Shown here piece by piece: positions 8,197-16,376 of a stretch of 32,000 nucleotides of DNA. The notes below the pieces were generated by a model. That model was not told where the DNA came from. It searched no databases and saw only the letters and a list, made by a program, of their open reading frames with translations. The stretch covers positions 30,001-62,000 of the forward strand of contig JAPLKZ010000010.1 of assembly GCA_026387835.1 (NCBI GenBank), read 5' to 3'. The DNA comes from Candidatus Saganbacteria bacterium (GTDB taxonomy: Bacteria > Margulisbacteria > WOR-1 > JAKLHX01). Position 1 is the first letter of the stretch; each line of letters begins with the position of its first letter. The translations under genes and the position numbers were made by a program.

Positions 8197-8916
8197 ATGA
8201 TATTCGAAGTCCTTGATGACAGGAAACAGAAGGTCCTCCGCATAATAGTAGAGGACTATATCCATTCGGCGGAGCCGGTAGGCTCCAAGACCGTGACGCA
8301 GGACCACCACGTCGAGGCAAGCCCCGCCACCATCCGCTTTGACATGGCGGACCTTGAAAAGAAAGGCTATATCAAAAAGCCCCACACCTCCGCGGGCAGG
8401 GTTCCATCTGACAAAGGTTACAGGTTCTTTATTGACAACATCCTTGAAGAGTCGGAGCTTTCCGGCAGGGAAAGCGAAAGCGTGCGGGAAAAGATGCTCA
8501 AGACGATCAGGGATGACATCTTCGAGATCGCCGGCGAGCTTGTTTCCAGGATGACCGGCAACGCCTCCGTTGTGGTCGATCCGGACAAGAAACATATAAT
8601 TTATATAAACGGCATCTACAGGATGCTCAGGCAGCCCGAGTTCGTCCACGTCGATATGACGAGCGAAGTCGTGGAGCTGATGGAGAAGCACAACGAAATG
8701 ATAGACCTGCTGAATGAATATACCGAGGAGGAAGAAGATGATGTCTCCATCCGCGTCGGAGGGGAAAACTCGCCGAAACAGCTGAAGCAGTGTTCCGTCG
8801 CTTCCGCAAAATACAAAGACAGGGGTATAATAAGCATTGTCGGCCCGACGAGGATGGATTATAAAAGGGTGTCTTCGATCCTGAGATATTTTGCCGACCT
8901 GCTGGAGGAGATCTGA
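8197..8916 (+). CDS. hrcA: heat-inducible transcription repressor HrcA (short form)
   Basis: N-terminal wHTH (RKQKVLRIIVEDYI...EPVGSKT...SPATIR.DMA.LEK.GY...HTSAGRVPSDKGYRFF) and C-terminal IVGPTRMDYKRV. ATG 8197 is preferred over track TTG 8176, which lies inside CIRCE at the predicted TSS. Confidence 0.9.
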   Translation: MIFEVLDDRKQKVLRIIVEDYIHSAEPVGSKTVTQDHHVEASPATIRFDMADLEKKGYIKKPHTSAGRVPSDKGYRFFIDNILEESELSGRESESVREKMLKTIRDDIFEIAGELVSRMTGNASVVVDPDKKHIIYINGIYRMLRQPEFVHVDMTSEVVELMEKHNEMIDLLNEYTEEEEDDVSIRVGGENSPKQLKQCSVASAKYKDRGIISIVGPTRMDYKRVSSILRYFADLLEEI

Positions 8917-9455
8917 TGAAAATAATGGGAGGAAGAAAACAGATGCCGGACAACAAAGAGACGGAAACGCTTCAAAAAGACATCGAGGACCTCGGTAAAC
9001 AGCTCGAGGAAAAAGACACAAAATTCGAGGAGCAGAAGAATCAGATGCTCCGCCTGATGGCGGATTTTGATAATTTCAAAAAAAGGGCGGCTCTCGAAAG
9101 GGAGGATATAATCTGTTTTTCGAACGAGGCCCTTATCCTGGCCCTGCTGCCGATACTGGACAATTTTGACCGCGCCATGCGGCACGCGGACGGCTGCGAC
9201 AAAAAGACGCTGGACGAGGAAATAATCAAAGGTTTCGCTCTGATAAAAAGACAGCTCGAGGATGTCCTTACCAAGATAGGCCTTGCCAGGGTCGAAGCGC
9301 TCGGCAAAAAATTTGACCCGAACTTCCACGAAGCGGTCCTTACGAGAGAATCAAAGGACCACGAAGACGGAACGGTGATAGAGGAGATGCAGAAAGGATA
9401 CACTTTAAGGGATAAACTGATCAGGCCGTCGATGGTTATAGTTGTAAAAAAATAA
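8916..9455 (+). CDS. grpE: nucleotide exchange factor GrpE
   Basis: 179 aa. RL.ADFDNFKKR...E, LLPILDNFDRA and G.V..........GY.L.D.LIRPSMV motifs. An alternative start at ATG 8943 has a GGGAGGA SD. Confidence 0.9.
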   Translation: MKIMGGRKQMPDNKETETLQKDIEDLGKQLEEKDTKFEEQKNQMLRLMADFDNFKKRAALEREDIICFSNEALILALLPILDNFDRAMRHADGCDKKTLDEEIIKGFALIKRQLEDVLTKIGLARVEALGKKFDPNFHEAVLTRESKDHEDGTVIEEMQKGYTLRDKLIRPSMVIVVKK

Positions 9456-9479
9456 AACGGAGAAAGAAAGGAGATCAGT

Positions 9480-11393
9480 ATGAGTAAGATAATCGGTATC
9501 GATCTTGGGACCACTAACAGCTGCTGCGCGGTGGTGATAGGAGGAGAGCCCACTGTCATCCCGACTTCCGAAGGCGAGCGTATCGTGCCTTCGGTGGTAG
9601 GATTTCCTAAACCCGGGGAAAGAGTGGTCGGCCGCGTCGCAAAACGCCAGTCGATCACAAACCCCGAGAACACGGTCTATTCTATCAAGAGGTTCATGGG
9701 AAGAAGGCTGAACGAGGTATCCGAAGAGATGAAGCTCGTCCCGTACAAAGTCGTCGAAGGGCCTAACGGCGCGGCAGTCGTCAAGATCGGGGACAAGACC
9801 TTCACCCCGCCGGAAATATCGGCGATGATACTCCAGAAAATAAAACAGGACGCGGAAGCGTACCTCGGAGAGAAAGTATCAAAAGCGGTCATCACCGTGC
9901 CCGCGTATTTCAACGACAGCCAGAGGCAGGCCACAAAGGACGCCGGAACGGTAGCGGGGCTTGAGGTCGTCAGGATCATCAATGAACCGACCGCCGCGGC
10001 GCTTGCTTACGGGCTCGACAAAAAGAAATCCGAAAAGATCGCCGTTTACGACCTGGGCGGAGGAACGTTCGATATATCCATACTCGAAATAGGAGAAGGC
10101 GTGTTCGAGGTCAAATCGACCAACGGCGACACTCATCTCGGCGGCGACAATTTCGACGAGAGGATAGTGAACTGGCTGATAGACGAGTTCAGGAAAGAGA
10201 ACGGGATTGACCTGCGCAATGACAGGATGGCCCTGCAGAGGCTGCGCGACGCCGGTGAAAAAGCGAAATGCGAGCTCTCGACTGTATTCGAGACGGAGAT
10301 CAATCTCCCATTCATAACGGCCGACGCTTCCGGGCCGAAACACTTTGTCGTGAAGCTCACAAGGGCAAAACTTGAACAGATAGTGAGCGATCTCATCGAT
10401 AAGTCGCTCGGCCCCGTCAAGCAGGCGATGTCCGACGCCAAACTTTCACCTAACGAGATAGACGAGGTCATACTGGTCGGCGGACAGACAAGGATGCCCA
10501 AAGTCCAGGAGCTGGTCAAGAATTTCTTCGGAAAAGAACCCAACAAGAGCGTCAATCCCGACGAGGTCGTCGCTTTGGGAGCCGCGATCCAGGGAGGCGT
10601 GCTCGCCGGAGATGTAAAAGAGATGGTGCTCCTTGACGTCACTCCCCTTTCGCTCGGCATCGAGACGATGGGCAATGTCATGACCACCCTGATAACCAGG
10701 AACACTACTATCCCGACCTCTAAAAGCGAAACTTTCTCGACCGCCGGCGACGGGCAGACGAGCGTAGAGGTCCACGTGCTCCAGGGAGAACGGCCGATGG
10801 CTTTTGACAACAGGACGCTCGGGCGGTTCCACCTTGAGGGCATCCCGCCGGCACCGAGAGGCATCCCGAAGATAGAGGTCACCTTTGATATCGACGCGAA
10901 CGGGATACTTCACGTCAGCGCAAAGGACCATGGCACCGGCAAGGAACAAAAAATATCGATCACCGCTTCTTCCGGCCTTTCAAAAGATGATATTGAAAAG
11001 ATGAAAAAGGAAGCATCCGCCCACGAAACCGACGACAAGAAGAAAAAAGAGGACGCGGAGATACGCAACCAGGCGGATAACCTTGCTTACACTTCCGAAA
11101 AAACGCTTAAAGAAGTCGGGGACAAGGTGGATGCTGCGACAAGGGACAAGATCCTGAAGGACATCGAAGAAACCAGAGACGCTCTGAAGGGAACGGACAC
11201 CGCAAAGATAAAGTCATCGTTCGAAGCACTGCAGAAAGATGTGTACGAGATGTCTTCAAAAGTATACCAGGCGCAGACAGGCCCCCAACAAGGACAAGGA
11301 GAAGCACAGGGACCGGGGCCTTCGGCAAACCCGGGGCAAGACGCTGAAGGAAAGACCATAAACGCCGACTGGAAAGAGACTGATAAGAATTAA
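9480..11393 (+). CDS. dnaK: molecular chaperone DnaK (Hsp70)
   Basis: 637 aa. [18 protein letters not shown] and [11 protein letters not shown] signatures. AAAGGAG SD. Confidence 0.98.
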   Translation: MSKIIGIDLGTTNSCCAVVIGGEPTVIPTSEGERIVPSVVGFPKPGERVVGRVAKRQSITNPENTVYSIKRFMGRRLNEVSEEMKLVPYKVVEGPNGAAVVKIGDKTFTPPEISAMILQKIKQDAEAYLGEKVSKAVITVPAYFNDSQRQATKDAGTVAGLEVVRIINEPTAAALAYGLDKKKSEKIAVYDLGGGTFDISILEIGEGVFEVKSTNGDTHLGGDNFDERIVNWLIDEFRKENGIDLRNDRMALQRLRDAGEKAKCELSTVFETEINLPFITADASGPKHFVVKLTRAKLEQIVSDLIDKSLGPVKQAMSDAKLSPNEIDEVILVGGQTRMPKVQELVKNFFGKEPNKSVNPDEVVALGAAIQGGVLAGDVKEMVLLDVTPLSLGIETMGNVMTTLITRNTTIPTSKSETFSTAGDGQTSVEVHVLQGERPMAFDNRTLGRFHLEGIPPAPRGIPKIEVTFDIDANGILHVSAKDHGTGKEQKISITASSGLSKDDIEKMKKEASAHETDDKKKKEDAEIRNQADNLAYTSEKTLKEVGDKVDAATRDKILKDIEETRDALKGTDTAKIKSSFEALQKDVYEMSSKVYQAQTGPQQGQGEAQGPGPSANPGQDAEGKTINADWKETDKN

Positions 11394-11403
11394 AATTCTC
11401 TGA

Positions 11404-11547
11404 CCCTCACCCCTACCCTCTCCCCGATCGGATCGGGGAGAGGGAGAGTCAATATTTTCTTATTGAATAATTCTAAATTTTTTATATCGCACCCTCTCCC
11501 TCTGGGAGAAGCTTGTCCCGCCTCCTTGGCGGGAGGAAGGGTGAGGG
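11404..11547. repeat. 144-nt GC-rich element bounded by 9-bp inverted repeats, with three internal hairpins (REP/MITE-like or structured RNA)
   Basis: CCCTCACCC (11404-11412) pairs with GGGTGAGGG (11539-11547). A 14-bp perfect inverted repeat CCCTCTCCCCGATC-g-GATCGGGGAGAGGG spans 11416-11444. Also TCTCCC-tct-GGGAGA (11495-11509) and TCCCGCC-N5-GGCGGGA (11516-11534). Confidence 0.55.
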
Positions 11548-11575
11548 CTGCCTATTTAGTATATAATATAAACAT

Positions 11576-12670
11576 ATGCCTTCAAAAGATTATTATCAGA
11601 TACTAGGAGCGTCAAAGAACGCTTCCACCGACGATATAAAATCCGCTTTCAGAAAATTGGCCCGCCAGTATCACCCGGACGTCTGCAAGGAACCCGGCGC
11701 CGACCAGAAGTTCAAGGAAATTAACGAAGCCTACCAGGTCCTGGGCGACCCGGCTAAAAAAGCGCAGTATGACAGGTTCGGCTACGCGGGTCCCGGCCGC
11801 GGCGGTTTCGGCGCGGGCGGCACAAATTTTGACGATATCTTCCAGGGATTTCAGGGGGGAAGCCCTTTCGGCGATCTCGGAGATATCTTAGAATCGTTTT
11901 TCGGAAGTACCGGCGGCGGCGGAAGAAGAAGACAGCGCGGACCGCAGAAAGGGACCGACCTCAGGTTTGACCTTATCCTGACACTGGAGGAAGCTTTTGC
12001 GGGATTTGACAAAGAGATCGACATCTCCCACCTGAGGCAGTGCTCAAGGTGCAAAGGCGCGGGCGCGGAGCCCGGCACTTCCGTAAAAAAATGCGCGGCC
12101 TGCAACGGGTCCGGGGTCCTTCAGCAGACTCAAAGGACCATGTTCGGGAGTTTCGCGAGCACTGTGCCGTGCGCGTCATGCGGCGGCCGCGGAGAGACGG
12201 TCTCCAGCCCGTGCAAAGACTGCAGGGGCTCCGGAAGGATAAAAACTTCAAGCAAGATCAAAATGAAAATTCCGCCGGGGATCGAAAGCGGGTACCGTCT
12301 GCGCGTCGAAGGCGAAGGCGATGCCGGCCATAAAGGCGGCATCCCGGGCGATCTCTATGTTTATATCAGCGTGAGGCCGCACGAAAAGTTCAAGCGCCAG
12401 GGAAATGACCTTTTCACTTCTGAAAAGATAGATTTTGTCACGGCGATCCTCGGCGACGAGATTGACCTGCCGCTTTTTGACGGAAATTTCAGGCTTAAGA
12501 TACCGTCCGGCACCCAGCCGAACACAGTTTTCCGCCAGAGGGGAAAAGGCATGCCGCGGCTTCAGGGCAACGGAAGAGGAGACCTCTTCATAGAGGTGCA
12601 CGTGGAGATCCCGACCAGGCTGTCGCGCGAGCAGACCGACCTGCTGAAAAAGATCAAAGGGATAAAATGA
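11576..12670 (+). CDS. dnaJ: co-chaperone DnaJ (Hsp40)
   Basis: 364 aa. J domain (DYYQILG...HPD), G/F-rich linker, and four CxxCxGxG zinc-finger repeats. Confidence 0.97.
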   Translation: MPSKDYYQILGASKNASTDDIKSAFRKLARQYHPDVCKEPGADQKFKEINEAYQVLGDPAKKAQYDRFGYAGPGRGGFGAGGTNFDDIFQGFQGGSPFGDLGDILESFFGSTGGGGRRRQRGPQKGTDLRFDLILTLEEAFAGFDKEIDISHLRQCSRCKGAGAEPGTSVKKCAACNGSGVLQQTQRTMFGSFASTVPCASCGGRGETVSSPCKDCRGSGRIKTSSKIKMKIPPGIESGYRLRVEGEGDAGHKGGIPGDLYVYISVRPHEKFKRQGNDLFTSEKIDFVTAILGDEIDLPLFDGNFRLKIPSGTQPNTVFRQRGKGMPRLQGNGRGDLFIEVHVEIPTRLSREQTDLLKKIKGIK

Positions 12671-13389
12671 ACAGGTTCTTCGTCCCCAGAGACAATGTTC
12701 TCGGGGACCTCATAATCATCTCCGGCTCGGATGTGAACCATATCAAGAACGTCCTGCGCAAGGACCGCGGCCACAGGATCATCTGCTTTGACAGCAGCGG
12801 GAACGAATACCTCGCCGAGATAAAGGACATCTCAAAGGAAAAAATATCCCTCGCCGTCATATCCAAAAAAAAGAACAGCGCGGAACCGAAGACAAAGATC
12901 ACTCTCGGTCAAAGCCTGCCGAAACTTTCTAAAATGGACCTCGTGATACAAAAAGCGACGGAGCTCGGTGTCTTTGAAATCATCCCCGTAATATCAGAAA
13001 GATCAGTTCCTAAATCCGGCAAACCTGAAAGGTGGAACAAGATCGCAAAAGAATCCAGCCAGCAGTCAGGAAGGACCCATATCCCCGGGGTCATCATGCC
13101 TGTCGGGTTGCCGGATTTTTTCAAAAAGACCAAAGATGCCGGATTAAAACTTATCCCTTTCGAAGGCGAAGACTATACGACCATAAAACATGTACTGAAT
13201 AAAAATGCCGGTATATCAAATATTGCGCTTTTGATCGGACCCGAAGGCGGATTTTCTAATAGTGAGATCGAACTGGCAAAGCGCTCCGGTTTTACCAGCG
13301 TTTCACTTGGAAAAACGATATTAAGGACGGAGACCGCGGCGCTCGCTGCTATTTCCATGATACTTTACGGTCTGGAGATGGACGGATGA
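12667..13389 (+). CDS. rsmE: 16S rRNA (uracil1498-N3)-methyltransferase RsmE
   Basis: 240 aa. N-terminal RFFV, H...VLR, and C-terminal IGPEGGFS..E........LG..ILR.ETA SPOUT motif. ATGA overlap with dnaJ. Confidence 0.9.
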   Translation: MNRFFVPRDNVLGDLIIISGSDVNHIKNVLRKDRGHRIICFDSSGNEYLAEIKDISKEKISLAVISKKKNSAEPKTKITLGQSLPKLSKMDLVIQKATELGVFEIIPVISERSVPKSGKPERWNKIAKESSQQSGRTHIPGVIMPVGLPDFFKKTKDAGLKLIPFEGEDYTTIKHVLNKNAGISNIALLIGPEGGFSNSEIELAKRSGFTSVSLGKTILRTETAALAAISMILYGLEMDG

Positions 13390-15005
13390 ACAGAAAAAAG
13401 CTTGATGTAACAAAACTGAGGGATGACTTTTTTAAGTTGAAACCTGACCCTGAAGATCCCGCGCAGAAAGTCTCGTTCGGGACTTCGGGCCACAGGGGAT
13501 GTCCATCACTCGGGACTTTCAATGAAATGCATATCGCCGCCATCGCACAGTCAATGGTCGATTTCAGAAAAGAGAACGGCATAAACGGCGTTCTTTTCAT
13601 CGGCATGGACACGCACGCGGCCTCGCTTCCCGCGATGCAGGTCGTTCTGGAAGTGCTTGCTGCTAATGATGCGGAAGTGAGGTTCGAAGAAAGACAGAAG
13701 TTCGACGATAAAAGCGGGTTCACCCCTACCCCGGCAGTCTCGTTCGCCATCCTCGAGGAAAATAAAAATGACCAAAAAGCTAAAGCGGACGGGATAATAA
13801 TAACGCCTTCCCATAATCCGCCGGCAGACGGCGGGATAAAATACAATCCGCCGACAGGCGGGCCCGCTGACAGCTCGATGACAAAAAAGATCGGGTCCTA
13901 TGCGAATAATTACCTTAAAGGACTAAATGCCGGAGTGAAAAGGATCCCTCTTGAAACGGCACTGAAGAAAAACAGCGTCCGAAGACATGATTTTGTCACG
14001 CCTTATGTCTCGGCCCTCAAAGATATTATCGATATGGACGCCGTCAAGAGCTCAAAAATAAAGATCGGGGCTGACCCTCTGGGCGGAGCCGCGATCGAGT
14101 ACCTTGAACCCATAAAAAAACTATACGGGATAGAACTGGAAATAATAAATGACGCGATAGACATGACCTTTGATTTCATGCCTTCGGACCATGACGGAAA
14201 AATAAGGATGGATTGCTCCTCCCCTTTTGCAATGGCAAATGTCGTCAGACAAAAAGATGATTTCGACGTCATATTCGCCAATGATACGGACTCGGACCGC
14301 CACGGCATAGTCGCCAGGTCAAAAGGTCTGTTGAACCCGAACCATTTTCTTTCGGTCGCGGTCTGGTACCTGATAAATCACAGGGCACACTGGGAAAAGG
14401 GACTTTCGGTCGGAAAAACAATAGTGACTACCCAGCTTATTGAACGGATCGTGAGTAAACTCGGAAGGATGTTTCTTGAAACGCCGGTGGGATTCAAATA
14501 TTTTGCGGACGGACTTTTTAAAAAGACCCTTTGCTTCGGCGGGGAGGAAAGCGCGGGAGCTTCATTCTTGAGGATGGACGGATCAACATGGACGACCGAT
14601 AAAGACGGGATAATAATGGGCCTTCTTGCCGCGGAAATATGCGCTGTCATGAAAAAAGACCCTGGGATAATTTATGAAGAGCTTACCAAAGAATTCGGAA
14701 TTCCTTTTTATAAAAGGATAGATACACCGGCAAGCCCGGCCTTAAAGAAAAAACTCGGAAACGCTTCCCCGGAACAAATAAAAGCAACCACACTCGCAAA
14801 AGACGCGATCATTTTGATTTCTTCAAAAGCACCGAACGGAGAACCTATTGGCGGGCTTAAGATCTCGACTCAAAACGGCTGGTCTGCGGTCAGGCCTTCG
14901 GGCACGGAAGATATCGCCAAGCTTTATGCGGAGAGCTTTGTGAGCGAAGAACATCTGGAAAATATCATCAGCGACACCCAAAACATCATCAAAAATCTTG
15001 TGTGA
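13386..15005 (+). CDS. pgm: phosphoglucomutase, alpha-D-glucose-phosphate specific
   Basis: 539 aa. All four phosphohexomutase loops are canonical: TPSHNPPADGGIKYN, NDTDSDRHGIV, GGEESAGASF and RPSGTEDIAKLYAES. Confidence 0.9.
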   Translation: MNRKKLDVTKLRDDFFKLKPDPEDPAQKVSFGTSGHRGCPSLGTFNEMHIAAIAQSMVDFRKENGINGVLFIGMDTHAASLPAMQVVLEVLAANDAEVRFEERQKFDDKSGFTPTPAVSFAILEENKNDQKAKADGIIITPSHNPPADGGIKYNPPTGGPADSSMTKKIGSYANNYLKGLNAGVKRIPLETALKKNSVRRHDFVTPYVSALKDIIDMDAVKSSKIKIGADPLGGAAIEYLEPIKKLYGIELEIINDAIDMTFDFMPSDHDGKIRMDCSSPFAMANVVRQKDDFDVIFANDTDSDRHGIVARSKGLLNPNHFLSVAVWYLINHRAHWEKGLSVGKTIVTTQLIERIVSKLGRMFLETPVGFKYFADGLFKKTLCFGGEESAGASFLRMDGSTWTTDKDGIIMGLLAAEICAVMKKDPGIIYEELTKEFGIPFYKRIDTPASPALKKKLGNASPEQIKATTLAKDAIILISSKAPNGEPIGGLKISTQNGWSAVRPSGTEDIAKLYAESFVSEEHLENIISDTQNIIKNLV

Positions 15006-15023
15006 GCTCCTGCTGGTCTGTCC

Positions 15024-16271
15024 TTAATAGACCTTGTCCGACTCTGCCTCGTCGAGTTTTTTCGCGGTGTTTTTTTGATCCGCGGCAGACGTCTCTGCGC
15101 CCTCTTTTTTCAGAAATTTTGACGCCTCAGACCCGGCAAGAGATACTACTTCTCCTCTTCCAGACAACAGGCCGCTTTCCGCAAGGACAAAGCCTTTGAT
15201 CAGGGACAGCTTTTGTTTTTTGTCATCGGTGGTCCAGACTGCCAGGCCGCGGCGTCCATTGCCAAGACCTGTGGGTTGTATTATTACCTGTTTACCGGCT
15301 GCTCTTCCTATGTAAAGGGTCAGTCTTTTTCCGGACAGAGTATATAAATTCAGATAACCCTTGACAAGGCCCTCGGTCGATTCAGCCGGACGGCTCTCGC
15401 CAGTTATCAGCCAGTAAACAAGATGCTTTCTTCCTATGCCTTCGGTCTTTGGCAGATCGCCCTTATACTCCTGAAGTCCTAATGGTATTTTTGTCGGACT
15501 CTCAATGAACTTATCTCCGGTAAAAAGTTTTACTGCCGATTCTGGAAACTCCCTGGTCTTTTTGTCATCGGCAAGAACCCAGAACCGCAGGCCCCTGCTT
15601 TTATCCTTGAAAATTACCGGCTCGCCTTCTATTCCGCTCTTCTTCAGGCGGTCGTCACCGCTCATGGATATCTTCACAGGCGGTAATTTTTTAGAAGCTT
15701 TTTGGAGGGCGTATAGATATACTATTCCAAATTTATCGACTTTCAGAGGTAAAGGGTCCGGCTGGCAGTTTCCCGTGCCAAGCCAGTAGATCAGCTGGCA
15801 GACATTCAGGTCATAGGCGCCAGGCAGACCGCTGCTGCGGAACTTTTCCAGGAACGGGCGAAAGCTTTGCGGAGTATCAAGCAGTTTTCCCCGGTTGTCC
15901 GAAAAAATATATCCCTGAAAAGGAAAAACCATCGCCCCCCTGTCATTGACCGACCAGAATATGGCAGCCTTGCAGTCGTCAAGCAAAACAGGATGAACAA
16001 TAACACCATTCCTGATGATCTCGGGAGCATTGAACGTATATAAGTCCATGGGACTTGTCTGTCCCACATATAATACAATTTTAAAACCCGGGTCCACTGT
16101 CAGGGGGATTTTCCCGGGTATACCGGCCTTGTCTGTAAGCCAGTTGCTCAATCTTGTCCTTTGGGCAAGGGTTGCCTGAACCGGTCTTACTGCGGGAGAT
16201 TTTCTTTGAATGGTTCTTTCTGAGGGGCTCCCTGCTCCTGGCATATTTATATTTTTTGATCTTATCTGCAT
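15024..16271 (-). CDS. hypothetical tandem-repeat protein A (3 copies of an unassigned ~120-130 aa module)
   Basis: 415-aa ORF. No signal peptide or TM helix seen. Module anchors are LSNWLTDK / LIYWLGTG / LVYWLITG, each followed by an ..LY strand and then a (D/G)xSRGLxxW-type motif (KSRGLRFW, GRRGLAVW). Colinear paralogue of 16377-18716. Confidence 0.75.
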   Translation of the reverse strand: MQIRSKNINMPGAGSPSERTIQRKSPAVRPVQATLAQRTRLSNWLTDKAGIPGKIPLTVDPGFKIVLYVGQTSPMDLYTFNAPEIIRNGVIVHPVLLDDCKAAIFWSVNDRGAMVFPFQGYIFSDNRGKLLDTPQSFRPFLEKFRSSGLPGAYDLNVCQLIYWLGTGNCQPDPLPLKVDKFGIVYLYALQKASKKLPPVKISMSGDDRLKKSGIEGEPVIFKDKSRGLRFWVLADDKKTREFPESAVKLFTGDKFIESPTKIPLGLQEYKGDLPKTEGIGRKHLVYWLITGESRPAESTEGLVKGYLNLYTLSGKRLTLYIGRAAGKQVIIQPTGLGNGRRGLAVWTTDDKKQKLSLIKGFVLAESGLLSGRGEVVSLAGSEASKFLKKEGAETSAADQKNTAKKLDEAESDKVY

Positions 16272-16376
16272 GTGATACTTATCACTCCGGTTAATCTATC
16301 GATCACAAAAATATGAGTATTTCACTATTAAGACATTCGCGTAAGGGCCCAAATCGCCCGGCAACCATCCGCCCGT

